Assembly: GCA_025060455.1 (NCBI GenBank)
Contig: JANXBY010000019.1
Coordinates: 1,492-65,491, forward strand
DNA from: Armatimonadota bacterium
GTDB taxonomy: Bacteria; Sysuimicrobiota; Sysuimicrobiia; Sysuimicrobiales; Sysuimicrobiaceae
DNA: 64,000 bases
Reading direction: 5' to 3'
The position numbers and the translations under genes were made by a program. The notes below the pieces were generated by a model. The model had not been told where the DNA came from and did not search any database. It saw only the letters and a program-made list of their open reading frames with translations. Each line of letters begins with the position of its first letter. Within the stretch, counting starts at the first letter, position 1. Of this stretch, positions 30,701-40,224 are shown piece after piece.

Positions 30701-31199
30701 CGAACAGGTCCCGGAACTGGGCGGCGGCCTCCCACGCGCCCTGGAGGTCTCCGCTCAGGATGCGCTGGCAGACCTCGCTCTGCAGGCAGCCGGAAAGCCC
30801 CACCAGCCCCTTGCTGTGGCGGCTCAACAGCTCCTTGTCGATGCGGGGGCGGTAGTAGAAGCCGTCCAGGTGGGCCTTGGTGGCCAGCCGGATCAGGTTG
30901 CGGTAGCCCTCCTCGTTGCGGGCCAGGAGGGTGAGGTGGTAGCTGGAGGCGTCCAGCTTCGGGTCCCGGTCCGTGTGGCGCCGAGGGGCCTGGTAGGCTT
31001 CCATCCCGAGGATGGGGCGCACCCCTGCTACCTGCGCCTCCCGGTAGAACTCCACCGCCCCGTACAGCGCCCCGTGGTCGGTGATGGCCAGGGCTTCCAT
31101 GCCGAGCTCGCGGGCGCGCTGCAGGAGGGGCCGGATCCGGCTGCACCCGTCCAGCAGGGAGTACTCGGTGTGCACGTGCAGGTGGACGAACTCCGACAT
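27792..31199 (-). CDS. dnaE: DNA polymerase III alpha subunit
   Basis: PHP domain HLHVHTEYSLLDG, RGSAAGS, PDIDVDF, YGFNRAH, C-terminal OB fold. Confidence 0.98.
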   Translation of the reverse strand: MSEFVHLHVHTEYSLLDGCSRIRPLLQRARELGMEALAITDHGALYGAVEFYREAQVAGVRPILGMEAYQAPRRHTDRDPKLDASSYHLTLLARNEEGYRNLIRLATKAHLDGFYYRPRIDKELLSRHSKGLVGLSGCLQSEVCQRILSGDLQGAWEAAAQFRDLFEPGQFFIEIQHQGLPEQRRLIPELVRIARDLKLPLVATNDVHYVLPEDAPAQDVLMCVQMNKTVHDPDRPRMGDVPHFYLKSPGEMKALFGELPEAVRNTVEIARRCELYLELDRPRLPDFPVPEGFTPQSYLRWLCEQGLERLYGEITPELQQRLDYELQVIERMGYAPYFLIVQDFVNFARSRGILTTVRGSAAGSLVLYACGVTDVDPIAYRLPFDRFLNLERYTLPDIDVDFMDSRRDEVIRYVMEKYGHDRVAQIITFGTMKARQAVRDVGRVLGMSYGEVDRIAKRIPPTATLDQALEADPELRRQVEDDERVRRLVELARRLEGVARNASTHAAGVVISRDPLTDLVPLTRGKDNTVMTQYDMDSVAAIGLVKFDFLGLTNLTILHRAMELVERRRGVRVDLRRLPLDDPNTYALLGRGETVGVFQLESAGMRRYLQELRPTSIHDIMAMVALYRPGPMANIPAYIRRKHGLEPVTYLHPVLEPVLRETYGVMVYQEDIMTTAQAMAGYTLAEADVLCYAIRKKVKDKLLAQREKFERGALERGIPKEVVDRVFEQFEPFARYGFNRAHAACYGLVAYYTAYMKANYPAEYMTALLCADSGNLERVALEVEECRRMGISVLPPDVNESEPEFTVVDDRTIRFGLGTIKNVGEAATQEIVRARQEGGPFRSLFDFCARVDGRVVTRKVVESLIKAGALDSLGDRAALLAALDEALEYGARRQRQQSSAQTGLFGDADQLEPPPELPRVPPLDRRELLRMEREMLGLYVSDHPVRAWEAVLRDHVRHRVADLRELEDRSSVSVGGVLTQVRPMTSKKDGSRFAVAQLEDLSGAVEVVVWPKAYERYSEALHVDAVVVVRGRVEAAEARPRVVADEVLPVEGLRGGRNGQAHNGPRPLHVRVATSEELFQLADFLQGRSGPREAYAHVVTLQGESVHRLRRGVPADPGFVRELEVLLGEGAVWEE

Positions 31200-31275
31200 C
31201 TTGAGCCCCAAGAGAGAAGAGCTACCACATATTGTAGGAGCTTCCGCCTGCCCGTCACCTCCGGCCAGGACCCGT

Positions 31276-31305
31276 GGAGGGCTCCGGGCGCCGCGGGAGC
31301 CCTCC
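31276..31305. terminator. GC-rich hairpin between gabT and dnaE (possible terminator, no U tract)
   Basis: GGAGGGCTCC...GGAGCCCTCC 10 bp stem. Confidence 0.35.
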
Positions 31306-31337
31306 CTCCCGCCTCCGGACGCTCCCGCTCCGCCGTT

Positions 31338-32669
31338 TCAGCCCGTCTGGAGCTCGGGCCGGCGGCAGGCTTCCCGCAGGCAGTCCCCGAGCACCGACAC
31401 GGACCGGCTCAGCTCCTCCTCCCGCAGGACGAGGGGTGGGAGGAGCCGGATCACGTTTCGGAACACCCCTGCCCGCAGGGCCAGCGCACCCCGCTCCGCG
31501 GCCCGGCGGAGCACAAACCCCACGTGGTCCGGCGCGGGCGTCTTGCGGTCGCGGTCGGTCACCAGCTCCACGCCCACCATGGCCCCCAGCCCCCGCACCT
31601 CGCCCACCAACGGGCACTCCAGCTGCAACGCGCCCAGGCCCTCGTGCAGGGCCTGTCCGATGGTGCGGGCACGCTCCAACAGCCCTTCCTCCTCCAGCAC
31701 CTCGAACACCGCCAGGGCCGCGGCGCAGCTGAGCGGGTTGCCTACGTACGTGCCCCCGATGCCCGCCTCGCGGACCGAGTCCACCACCTCTGCGCGCCCC
31801 ACCACCGCGGAGAGCGGAAGCCCCGCGGCCAGGGACTTGCCCACCACCATCAAGTCCGGTTCCACCCCCACGTGCTCGCTGGCCCACATGCGTCCCGTGC
31901 GCCCCATGCCTGTCTGCACTTCGTCCACCACCAGGAGGATCTCGTGGCGGCGGCAGATCTCGCGAAGCCTGGGCAGGAAGGAGGCGGGAGGAACCACCAC
32001 CCCACCTTCCCCCAGGACCGGCTCCACCACCACCGCGGCCACCCGCTCCGGCTCCACGTGCAGGGTGAACAGGTCCTCCAGCCGTCGCAGGCAGAACTCC
32101 ACCGTCTGTTCCTCGGTGGGAAACGGGCTGCGGTACGGGTAAGGGTAGGGAACCCGATACACCTCCGGGGCGAACGGGCCGAAGCCTGCCTTGTACGGCA
32201 CCACGCGGCTGGTCAGCGACAGGGCCATGTACGTGCGGCCGTGGAAAGCGCCTTCGAAGGCCACCACCGCGCTCCGGCCGGTGTACGTCCGGGCGATCTT
32301 CACCGCGTTCTCCACCGCCTCCGCGCCCGAGTTGAACAGGGCGGCCTTCTTCCGCCACCGCCCCGGGGTGGAGGCGCACAGCCGCTCGCACACCGCCACG
32401 TAGCCCTCGTAGGGGAACACCACGTAGTCCGTGTGAAAGAACCGCGCCGCTTGGTCCTGCACCGCCCGGACCACCTTGGGGTGCGCGTGGCCCACTGCCA
32501 GGCAGCCCACGCCTCCTGCAAGGTCCACGTACGGGCGGCCGTCTACGTCGAACAGCAGCGCCCCTGCTCCCCGCGCCGCGAAGGCCGGCCACTGCGGGGC
32601 CAGCGCGCGCGCCACGCTGGCCTGCGCCCGTGCCCACAAGACAGCACTAGCCCCGCCGCCCGGCTGCAC
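31338..32669 (-). CDS. gabT: Class III aminotransferase, 4-aminobutyrate aminotransferase-like
   Basis: NSGAEAVENAVK, FHGRT, YKAGFGP, DEVQTG and GKSLAAG motifs; start uncertain. Confidence 0.82.
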   Translation of the reverse strand: MQPGGGASAVLWARAQASVARALAPQWPAFAARGAGALLFDVDGRPYVDLAGGVGCLAVGHAHPKVVRAVQDQAARFFHTDYVVFPYEGYVAVCERLCASTPGRWRKKAALFNSGAEAVENAVKIARTYTGRSAVVAFEGAFHGRTYMALSLTSRVVPYKAGFGPFAPEVYRVPYPYPYRSPFPTEEQTVEFCLRRLEDLFTLHVEPERVAAVVVEPVLGEGGVVVPPASFLPRLREICRRHEILLVVDEVQTGMGRTGRMWASEHVGVEPDLMVVGKSLAAGLPLSAVVGRAEVVDSVREAGIGGTYVGNPLSCAAALAVFEVLEEEGLLERARTIGQALHEGLGALQLECPLVGEVRGLGAMVGVELVTDRDRKTPAPDHVGFVLRRAAERGALALRAGVFRNVIRLLPPLVLREEELSRSVSVLGDCLREACRRPELQTG

Positions 32670-32743
32670 CGTCCACCCCCGGGCCACCGCCCGGGGCGGC
32701 CCGCCCGGTCCCACAGCAGGGTCTGCCCTTCACAAACACGCCC

Positions 32744-34192
32744 TCAGCCCCCCAGCAGCCCCAGCCGCTCCCGCAGGAGCCGCTGGACCAGGGCAGGGTT
32801 GGCCCGGCCCTGCGTCCGGCGCATCACCTGCCCCACCAGGAAGGCCACCGCTTTCTCCTTGCCGGCCAGTACGTCCCGCACCGGCCCGGGGTTGTCCTGG
32901 ATCACGGCCTCTACCGTCTCCCGCAGGGCGGCCTCGTCCGAGATCTGCACCAGGCCCTGCCGGTCGACGATGCTGCGGGGGCTATCACCCGTCTGCAGCA
33001 TCTCCGCGATCACGTCCTTGGCGATCCGCCCGCTGATGGTGCCGTCCTCCACCAACCGCACCAGCTCCGCCAGCTGCGCGGGGGTGATGCGGAGCTGCTC
33101 GATCTCGAGGTTGTGCTCGTTCAGGTAGGCGCTCACCTCGCCCAGCATCCAGTTGGCGATGGCCTTGGGGCTAGGGTGGGCCGCCACCGCGGCCTCGAAG
33201 AAGTCCGCGGTGGCCCGGGTCTGCACCAGCAGCTCCGCGTCGTACCGGCCCAACGCGTACTGCGCCATGATCCGGTCCCGCCGGGCGTCCGGGAGCTCCG
33301 GCACGCCCCGGCGCACCTCCTCCAACCACTCCGGGGTGACCTCCACGGGGACCAAGTCCGGCTCGGGGAAGTACCGGTAGTCCTCCGCCTCCTCCTTGGA
33401 CCGGGAGGCGAAGGTGACGCCGCGCCGCTCGTCCCAGTGCCGGGTCTCCTGCACCACCGCCTCCCCCCGCTCCAACAGCTCCCGCTGCCGGGCCACCTCG
33501 TAGGCCAGAGCCCGCTCCACGGACCGGATGGAGTTCATGTTCTTTACCTCGGTGCGCACCCCCAAGGGCTCGCCCGGCCGGCGGAGGGAGACGTTGGCGT
33601 CGCACCGCAAAGTACCCTCCTCCATCCGGCCGGTGCTAACCTCCGCGTACTGGAGCACCTGCCGCAGCTTCAGCAGGAACGCCCGCGCCTCCTGGGGGGA
33701 GCGCAGGTCCGGATAGGTGACGATCTCCATGAGGGGGACCCCGGAGCGGTTGTAGTCCACCCAGCTCACGTTGCCCTCCTCCGGGTGCACCAGCTTTCCT
33801 GTGTCCTCCTCCAGGTGCACCCGGCGGATGCCCACCCGCCGCCGCTGCCCGTCCACCTCGATCTCCAGGTACCCGTCCGTGGCCAGGGGCGGATGCTCCA
33901 GGTATTGGTACTGGGAAATCTGGTAGTTCTTCGGTAGGTCGGGGTAGTAGTAGTTCTTCCGGTGGAACTGGGAGGTGGGGTGCACGGTGCAGTGGAGCAC
34001 CAGGGCCGCCCGCAGGCCCAGCTCCACCGCGCGGCGGTTGATGACCGGTAGAGCGCCCGGCAGGCCCAGGCAGACGGGGCACGTCTGGGTGTTGGGCGGT
34101 GCGCCGAACCGCGTGCTGCACCCGCAGAACATCTTGGACTGCGTGAGCAGCTGCACGTGGATTTCCAACCCGATGACCGTCTCGTAGTCCAT
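32744..34192 (-). CDS. gatB: Asp/Glu-tRNA amidotransferase subunit B
   Basis: [27 protein letters not shown] and [10 protein letters not shown] motifs. Confidence 0.98.
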   Translation of the reverse strand: MDYETVIGLEIHVQLLTQSKMFCGCSTRFGAPPNTQTCPVCLGLPGALPVINRRAVELGLRAALVLHCTVHPTSQFHRKNYYYPDLPKNYQISQYQYLEHPPLATDGYLEIEVDGQRRRVGIRRVHLEEDTGKLVHPEEGNVSWVDYNRSGVPLMEIVTYPDLRSPQEARAFLLKLRQVLQYAEVSTGRMEEGTLRCDANVSLRRPGEPLGVRTEVKNMNSIRSVERALAYEVARQRELLERGEAVVQETRHWDERRGVTFASRSKEEAEDYRYFPEPDLVPVEVTPEWLEEVRRGVPELPDARRDRIMAQYALGRYDAELLVQTRATADFFEAAVAAHPSPKAIANWMLGEVSAYLNEHNLEIEQLRITPAQLAELVRLVEDGTISGRIAKDVIAEMLQTGDSPRSIVDRQGLVQISDEAALRETVEAVIQDNPGPVRDVLAGKEKAVAFLVGQVMRRTQGRANPALVQRLLRERLGLLGG

Positions 34193-34195
34193 CCG

Positions 34196-35662
34196 TCACC
34201 CCCGGAACAGGGGGCACCGGTGGCGGTGCCAGTCGGTGGCCTGCTCGTAGGCGTACGCCACCCGCAGTACCGTGACCTCGTCGAAGGGGCGGCCCACCAC
34301 CTGCAGCCCCACGGGCAGCCCGTCCACAAACCCGCACGGCACCGAGATCCCGGGCAGCCCCGCGAGGTTCACGGGGATGGTGTACACGTCCGCCAGGTAC
34401 ATCTGCAGCGGGTCTGTGGTCCGCTCGCCGAGCCGGAAGCCCGCCACGGGGGAGGTCGGGGTGGCCAGCACGTCCACCTTCTCGAAGCACCGGTCGAAGT
34501 CGCGCCGGACCAGGGTCCGCACCTGCTGGGCCTTCTTGTAGAACCCCTCGTAGTAGCCCGCGGACAGGGCGAAGGTACCCAGCATGATGCGGCGCTTCAC
34601 CTCCGGGCCGAAGCCCTCCGCCCGCGTGCGGGCGTACAGGGTGTACAGGTCCCGGGCCCTCGGGCTCCGGTACCCGTACGCCACACCGTCGTACCGGGCC
34701 AAGTTGCTGCTGGCCTCCGCGCACGCGATGAGGTAGTACGTGGGCAGGGCGTACTCGAGGGTGGGCAGGGTCACCTCCTCCACCACCGCCCCCAGCCCCT
34801 CCAGCACCCGCACCGCGTCCAGCACCGCGTGCCGCACCTCCGGCTGAAGTCCTTCGCCGAAGAACTCCGTGGGCACACCCACCCGAAGCCCCCGTACCCC
34901 CGCTTCCAGGGAGGCGGCAAAGTTGGGCACCGGTACCTCCACGGAGGTGGAGTCGCGAGGGTCACGGCCGCTGATGGCCTGCAGCACCAAAGCGCAGTCC
35001 CGCACGTCCAGGGCGAGGGGGCCGATCTGGTCCAGGGAGGAGGCAAACGCCACCAGGCCGTAGCGGGACACCCTACCGTACGTGGGCTTCAGCCCCACCA
35101 CCCCACACAGGCACGCGGGCTGCCGGATGGAGCCGCCGGTGTCGGACCCCAGGGCCGCCAGCGCCTCGCCCGCGGCCACCGCGGCCGCAGACCCACCACT
35201 GCTGCCGCCCGGAACGTGGTCCAGCCTCCACGGGTTGCGGGTGGGGAAGAACCCGGAGTTCTCCGTGGACGACCCCATAGCGAACTCGTCCAGGTTGGTC
35301 TTCCCCAGCACCACCGCCCCCGCCTCCCTCAGCCGCTCCACCGCGGTGGCGTCGTACGGGGGCACGAAGGACTCCAGGATGCGGGACCCGCAGGTGGTGC
35401 GCACCCCCCGCGTGCAAAGGTTGTCCTTCACGGCCACGGGCATTCCCGCCAACGGTGGAAGCGGCTCCTTCCGGGCCAGGCGGTCGTCCAGCGCCCGCGC
35501 CTGCTCCCGGGCCTGGTCCGCGGTGACGGTGAGGTAGGCCCGCACCTGTCCGTCGAAGGCCTCGATGGCATCCAGGTACGCCTCCACCAGCTCCCGCACG
35601 GAAAGATCCTTGCCCAGTCGGGCACGGAGCTCGTGGTACGGCCGTCCGACGAGCTCCCTCAC
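34196..35662 (-). CDS. gatA: Asp/Glu-tRNA amidotransferase subunit A
   Basis: Amidase signature GGSSGGS and [20 protein letters not shown]; GTGA overlap with gatC. Confidence 0.97.
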   Translation of the reverse strand: MRELVGRPYHELRARLGKDLSVRELVEAYLDAIEAFDGQVRAYLTVTADQAREQARALDDRLARKEPLPPLAGMPVAVKDNLCTRGVRTTCGSRILESFVPPYDATAVERLREAGAVVLGKTNLDEFAMGSSTENSGFFPTRNPWRLDHVPGGSSGGSAAAVAAGEALAALGSDTGGSIRQPACLCGVVGLKPTYGRVSRYGLVAFASSLDQIGPLALDVRDCALVLQAISGRDPRDSTSVEVPVPNFAASLEAGVRGLRVGVPTEFFGEGLQPEVRHAVLDAVRVLEGLGAVVEEVTLPTLEYALPTYYLIACAEASSNLARYDGVAYGYRSPRARDLYTLYARTRAEGFGPEVKRRIMLGTFALSAGYYEGFYKKAQQVRTLVRRDFDRCFEKVDVLATPTSPVAGFRLGERTTDPLQMYLADVYTIPVNLAGLPGISVPCGFVDGLPVGLQVVGRPFDEVTVLRVAYAYEQATDWHRHRCPLFRG

Positions 35663-35955
35663 TCCTCCGCCTCCAACACCCTGGGCACCACCACGAACCC
35701 CTCGTGAGCCTGAGGGGCCATGGCCACCACCTCCTCCACGGGCAAGGAGGGGGTGACCTCGTCGTCCCGGAACACGTTGGCCACCCGGATGGCGTGGGAG
35801 GTGGGCTCTACCCCCTCCGTGGCCAACCGATCCAGGCGCGCGAAGTACTCCAGGATGCTCGACAGCTGCCACGCGAAGGTGGCCCGCTCCTCCGCGCTGA
35901 GCTCCAGGCGGCTCAGCCGCGCCACCCGCTCCACCACCTCGGGCGTGATCCGCAT
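35659..35955 (-). CDS. gatC: Asp/Glu-tRNA amidotransferase subunit C
   Basis: [18 protein letters not shown] and VVPRV motifs; upstream of gatA. Confidence 0.95.
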   Translation of the reverse strand: MRITPEVVERVARLSRLELSAEERATFAWQLSSILEYFARLDRLATEGVEPTSHAIRVANVFRDDEVTPSLPVEEVVAMAPQAHEGFVVVPRVLEAEE

Positions 35956-36022
35956 CGGTTCCTCCCCGCAGGCCTCCGGTATGGTAGCATGCCGCGGCGC
36001 GCGCCCAGCAAGGGTGCTGGGA

Positions 36023-36295
36023 TCAGCTGCCCGCCTGGAAGTGCTCCCGTAGGGCGCGCTCCACCTCGGGCACGATGGCGTCCCAAGGCGCGTCCGGCTG
36101 TCGGGTGACGGTGACGAAGTCGTTGAGCAGGAACACCATCCGCACTCCCGGGATGCGCAGCAGCCGCAGCGCCAGGGGGGAAGCGGCGGCCTGCTCCAGC
36201 GAGGTGTACGTCTCGCTGCGACCCTCCGTCACCCGCCGGTCCAGGGTGAACTTGAGGGCGTGGACGTTCGGGGTGGGCTGGACCTCGATGCGCAC
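36023..36295 (-). CDS. NifU N-terminal (Nfu_N) domain protein
   Basis: QPTPNVHALKF, SPLA..L..IPGV and DFVTVT motifs. Confidence 0.85.
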   Translation of the reverse strand: MRIEVQPTPNVHALKFTLDRRVTEGRSETYTSLEQAAASPLALRLLRIPGVRMVFLLNDFVTVTRQPDAPWDAIVPEVERALREHFQAGS

Positions 36296-36309
36296 CGCCG
36301 ACCTCGCCG

Positions 36310-37761
36310 CTAGGCCAAGCCCCGGAGGGCTGACCGACCGCCCTCTGCCAGGTCGCGGCGCAGCCGGCGTACGGAGGAGGGTGGGATCCCCACTTCCTCC
36401 CGGTACTTGGCTGCGGTCCGGCGTGCGATGGGCATCCCCTCCCGCCGGAGCCGGAGGGCGATCTCACGGTCCGTAAGGGGGGATTGGGGATCCTCCTCCT
36501 GCACCAGCTGCCGGATACGCTCCTTGACCGGCAGGGAAGCGTCGAAGAACACCTCGCAGGACACCACCCGGCCGTTGGGCAGCAGCACGTACTTCCCATC
36601 CAGAGCGCGGCTCACGGTGGACTCGCTGACCCCCACCCGGGCCGCCACCGTGGCCATGGTAAGGGGTTTCAGGTGCCGGGGCCCCAACTCCAGGAACTCC
36701 CGCTGCACCTCCACGATAGCCTCTAGGATGGCCTTCAGGGTCCAGTTGCGGCGTTTAACGGTCTCGATGAAGAGTTTCGCGCGCGTCACGTACTCGTGGA
36801 TGTGCCGCGCTGCGTTGGGCGCGAACTCGTGCGGGTGACGGCGCGCCCGCAGGTACAGGTCCCGGTACAGCTCGTTCACCCGCAGGCCCATGGTGGGGGA
36901 CCCCATGACCTCCACCGCGAACCCGCGTGGCGTGCGCACGATGGCCGCGTCCGGGCGCGGCACCTCCTGCGGTTTCAGCCGGCCGCCCCCGACCCGCTCC
37001 GCCTCGTACCGGTCCGCGGGGTAGGGGTACAGGTGGCGTCGGATGTAGTCGTGCACCTCCCGCACCTCCTGCGGTGAGGTGCCCAGCCGCTGCCCGATCT
37101 TCGCGTACTGGCCCCGGGCCAGTTCCTCCAGCAGCCCCTGTTGGACCAGCTGGCGGGCCAGAAGGTTGTGGGGGCGAGGCTCTAGGGCCTGGAGCTGCAG
37201 CAACAAGCACTCCTCCACGGTGCGGGCGGCTACCCCCACCGGTTCGAAACCCTGCACCACGCTCAACACCTCCTCCGCCACCCGCAAGGACAGCCGGAAG
37301 CGGTTGGCGGCCTCCTGGAGGTCGCAGGTCAGGTAGCCCCGGTGGTCCACGCAGCCCACCAGGTACTCCGCCAGCTGGCGGCGCCGTCCCTTGAGATCCT
37401 GAGCCGCCACCTGCAGCATCAGGAACTCGTGCAACGACATCTCCGCGGCCAGCTGGGAGGTGGGGTCGAAGTCCTCGTCGGGGTTGGACCGCGGGGCCGG
37501 CAGGGAGTCGTCCACCAGGGGTTCTCCCGGCACGTGGCCGCAGTTCGCGCACACGCCGGCGGTGACCTCCGCCCCGCACCGAGCGCAGAAGACCTCCTCC
37601 CGCTCCAGGGCAGGGTTGCTGTGCAGCTCTTCCTCGATGCGCGCCTCCAGCTGAGGCAGTGGGAGTACCAAGACGGCACTCACCGCCATGAGCTTGGGGA
37701 CCATCCGCTGCTGGGGCAGCGGGCTGACCTCGAGGCCAGGACGGATCTCCAACGTGCTCAC
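36310..37761 (-). CDS. rpoN: RNA polymerase sigma-54 factor
   Basis: Region [25 protein letters not shown], RpoN box ARRTAAKYR; GTGA overlap with the upstream gene. Confidence 0.93.
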   Translation of the reverse strand: MSTLEIRPGLEVSPLPQQRMVPKLMAVSAVLVLPLPQLEARIEEELHSNPALEREEVFCARCGAEVTAGVCANCGHVPGEPLVDDSLPAPRSNPDEDFDPTSQLAAEMSLHEFLMLQVAAQDLKGRRRQLAEYLVGCVDHRGYLTCDLQEAANRFRLSLRVAEEVLSVVQGFEPVGVAARTVEECLLLQLQALEPRPHNLLARQLVQQGLLEELARGQYAKIGQRLGTSPQEVREVHDYIRRHLYPYPADRYEAERVGGGRLKPQEVPRPDAAIVRTPRGFAVEVMGSPTMGLRVNELYRDLYLRARRHPHEFAPNAARHIHEYVTRAKLFIETVKRRNWTLKAILEAIVEVQREFLELGPRHLKPLTMATVAARVGVSESTVSRALDGKYVLLPNGRVVSCEVFFDASLPVKERIRQLVQEEDPQSPLTDREIALRLRREGMPIARRTAAKYREEVGIPPSSVRRLRRDLAEGGRSALRGLA

Positions 37762-39134
37762 CGTCCGCCGGAGCGGCCTGCCGCGGGCAGCTGAACCCCG
37801 TGCTGGTCCAAGCGCCGGCGCAGCTGCGCGGGGCTCAACCCGAGGATGCGGGCCGCCTCCTCCAGGTTCCAGTCGGTGCGCTGCAACACGTGCACCATGT
37901 GCTGCCGCTCCACCTCCGCCAGGGTGGGCAGCCGCTCCTCCGCGGGCTCGGGCCCTGTGCCGCCCAGCCACAGGTCCTCCGCCCAAATCTCCGGAGTCCG
38001 GCACAGGATCACCGCCCGCTCCACCGCGAACTCCAGCTCCCGGACGTTCCCGGGCCACGGGTACCGGCGCATCTTACGCATGGCCTGCGGGGTGAACCCG
38101 GTCACCGGCTTCCCGTACTTCGTCCGGTACTTATCCAGGAAGTGCTGGGCCAGCAGCGGGATGTCCTCCGGCCGCTCCCGCAGGGGCGGCAGCTCGATGG
38201 GCACCACGCTCAGGCGGTAGAATAGGTCTTCCCGGAACCGTCCGTCCCGCACCATCTGGCGCAGGTCCTTGTTGGTGGCCGCGATCACCCGCACATCCAC
38301 CCGGACGGGCTTGTTGCTCCCCACCCGCTCGAAGGTGCGCTCCTGGAGCACCCGGAGGAGCTTCACCTGCATGGCGGGGCTCATGTCCCCCACCTCGTCC
38401 AGGAAGATGGTCCCTCCGTCCGCGGCTTCGAACTTCCCGATGCGGCTGACGGTGGCGCTGGTGAACGCCCCCTTCTCGTGGCCGAACAACTCCGTCTCCA
38501 GGAGGGTCTCGGGGATGGCCCCGCAGTTGATGGCCACGAAGGGGCCCTCAGCCCTCCGGCTCTGGTCGTGGATGGACCGCGCCAGGATCTCCTTGCCCGT
38601 CCCCGTCTCGCCGTAGATGAGCACGGTGGCGTCCGTGGGCGCCACCGCGGCCGCCACCCGCAGGATCTCCTGCATCTTCGGGGAGCTGCCCACGATGCCG
38701 TCGAACTTGAAGCGCGCCCGCAGCTCCTCGTGCAGCTTCCGGTTCTCCTCCCGCAGCTGCTCGTGCTCCAGGGCCCGCCGGACCTTCAGCAGCAGCTCGT
38801 CTTTTTTGAACGGCTTGGAGATGTAGTCGAACGCACCCTGCCGCATGGCCTCCACGGCCATCTCCAGGGTGGCGTACCCGGTGACGATCATCACCACCGC
38901 GCCCGGATCCTCCCGGCGGATCTCCCGCAGGACTTCCATTCCGTCCTTCTCGGGGATCCGCACGTCCAGCAAGACCAGGTCGAACTCCCCGGAGCTGGCC
39001 CGGCGCAGGGCGGTGGTTCCGTCCGCGGCGGTCTCCACTTCGAAGCCCTCCTGTCGGAGGATCTGACTCATCAGGTTCCGGACGTTCTCCTCGTCGTCCA
39101 CCACGAGGACTCTACGCCTCACCACCTCGGTCAC
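37758..39134 (-). CDS. Sigma-54-dependent response regulator (NtrC/AtoC family; REC-AAA+-HTH)
   Basis: Receiver DD/D/K residues, [37 protein letters not shown]. Confidence 0.95.
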   Translation of the reverse strand: MTEVVRRRVLVVDDEENVRNLMSQILRQEGFEVETAADGTTALRRASSGEFDLVLLDVRIPEKDGMEVLREIRREDPGAVVMIVTGYATLEMAVEAMRQGAFDYISKPFKKDELLLKVRRALEHEQLREENRKLHEELRARFKFDGIVGSSPKMQEILRVAAAVAPTDATVLIYGETGTGKEILARSIHDQSRRAEGPFVAINCGAIPETLLETELFGHEKGAFTSATVSRIGKFEAADGGTIFLDEVGDMSPAMQVKLLRVLQERTFERVGSNKPVRVDVRVIAATNKDLRQMVRDGRFREDLFYRLSVVPIELPPLRERPEDIPLLAQHFLDKYRTKYGKPVTGFTPQAMRKMRRYPWPGNVRELEFAVERAVILCRTPEIWAEDLWLGGTGPEPAEERLPTLAEVERQHMVHVLQRTDWNLEEAARILGLSPAQLRRRLDQHGVQLPAAGRSGGR

Positions 39135-39234
39135 CGTCCCGGCCTTGGCTTGCCTCCGTTCTATGTTTCGGCCTGGCTCGACGAACTCCTGTGCGCGCCG
39201 GATCCATCCCCTTGGATGCGAACGCGTGTACGGG

Positions 39235-40134
39235 TCAGTGGAGCCGCGCCGCCTCCCCCACCGTGGGCATCTCCGTCACCCAGCTGGCCACACGGGCGAA
39301 CTGCAGCAGGGCGTGCAGGTAGGTGCGCAGCAACAGGAGCACCCGCTCGGGACTCGCCACGGAGTCCGCGGTCACCAGGTTCCACCGGGTCTCCACCACC
39401 GCGCCCAGCCACAGGGCGTGCTCCGTGGTGACCAGTCCCAGGTCCGCCAGGGGCAGGAACACCTGCCACCGGCGCGGTGGCCGCTCCACCTCGTAGGTGG
39501 TCAACATGGCCTTGGCGATCCCGGTGGCCGCGCCCGCCCCGTTGCTGAACCAGCCCACCACCTGGTTCACCCGTTCGGCGTCCTTCGCGGTCTCCTCCAC
39601 GTCCCGCGTGGCCACCTCGATCACCGCCACGGAGGCCAGCAGCCGCCCCAGCCGCCAGCCGACCCGCAAGGGATCCAGCATGCGCAGGGGCTGGCCGGGC
39701 CAAGGGCGGAACTCCGGGATTCCCTCCCCCAGCCGGCGCGCCTGCTGGAGCACCTCCCGCGCCTCCTCCAGCAGCTTGTCCCGGCCGGCCTCGATCTTCA
39801 GCTGGCTGTCGCGCAGGAAGCGGGCGTGGGCGTCCCGGTCGTTCTCCACCAGCAGCTGGCCCCACCCCAGCATCTCGTACACCACCGGCAGCACGTGCTG
39901 GTTCAGCACAGACGGGAGGAGGATCCCCTGAGCGGGCCCCAGGGGATTGTCCTCGGCCAGGCGCTCCAGAAAGGAGCTCACCTCCTCCTCCGGCGTCTCC
40001 GGCGGGAACACCAATCCCAGCTCGATGTCGGTGTCCGGATAGGTGGCGCCGCTGGGGTACCGCCCGTACAGGTACACCGCGCACACCTCCCGCGTGCGGG
40101 AGAAGTACGCGCGCAGCTCCTCCAACGCCCCCAT
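39235..40134 (-). CDS. Fused MNT-like + DUF86/HepT-like HEPN protein with degenerate active sites
   Basis: N-half [27 protein letters not shown] resembles MntA; C-half (from M at 39681) resembles HepT, with RWNLVTA in place of RNxLVH. Confidence 0.65.
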   Translation of the reverse strand: MGALEELRAYFSRTREVCAVYLYGRYPSGATYPDTDIELGLVFPPETPEEEVSSFLERLAEDNPLGPAQGILLPSVLNQHVLPVVYEMLGWGQLLVENDRDAHARFLRDSQLKIEAGRDKLLEEAREVLQQARRLGEGIPEFRPWPGQPLRMLDPLRVGWRLGRLLASVAVIEVATRDVEETAKDAERVNQVVGWFSNGAGAATGIAKAMLTTYEVERPPRRWQVFLPLADLGLVTTEHALWLGAVVETRWNLVTADSVASPERVLLLLRTYLHALLQFARVASWVTEMPTVGEAARLH

Positions 40135-40183
40135 CTCGCCCCTATGCTACTGCCCGTCTGGGGCGGCCGGAAGGCGGACCATT

Positions 40184-40202
40184 CCATAGAGGAAATCTAT
40201 GG
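40184..40202. promoter_or_regulatory. LysR-type operator (CCATAGA-GGAAA-TCTATGG; ATAG-N7-CTAT)
   Basis: Perfect 7 bp inverted repeat with a T-N11-A core between the divergent LysR and MNT-HEPN genes. Confidence 0.8.
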
Positions 40203-40224
40203 CACGTGTCGAAACCCTGGCGGT

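Noticed and set aside
27792-31199. Intein or split gene in dnaE (also polA and lhr)
   Set aside because: Lengths and motif spacing are normal and no intein terminal motifs were seen.
40199-40216. TGGCACG as a sigma-54 -24 element
   Set aside because: No TTGC or GC at the -12 position; it overlaps the LysR box instead.
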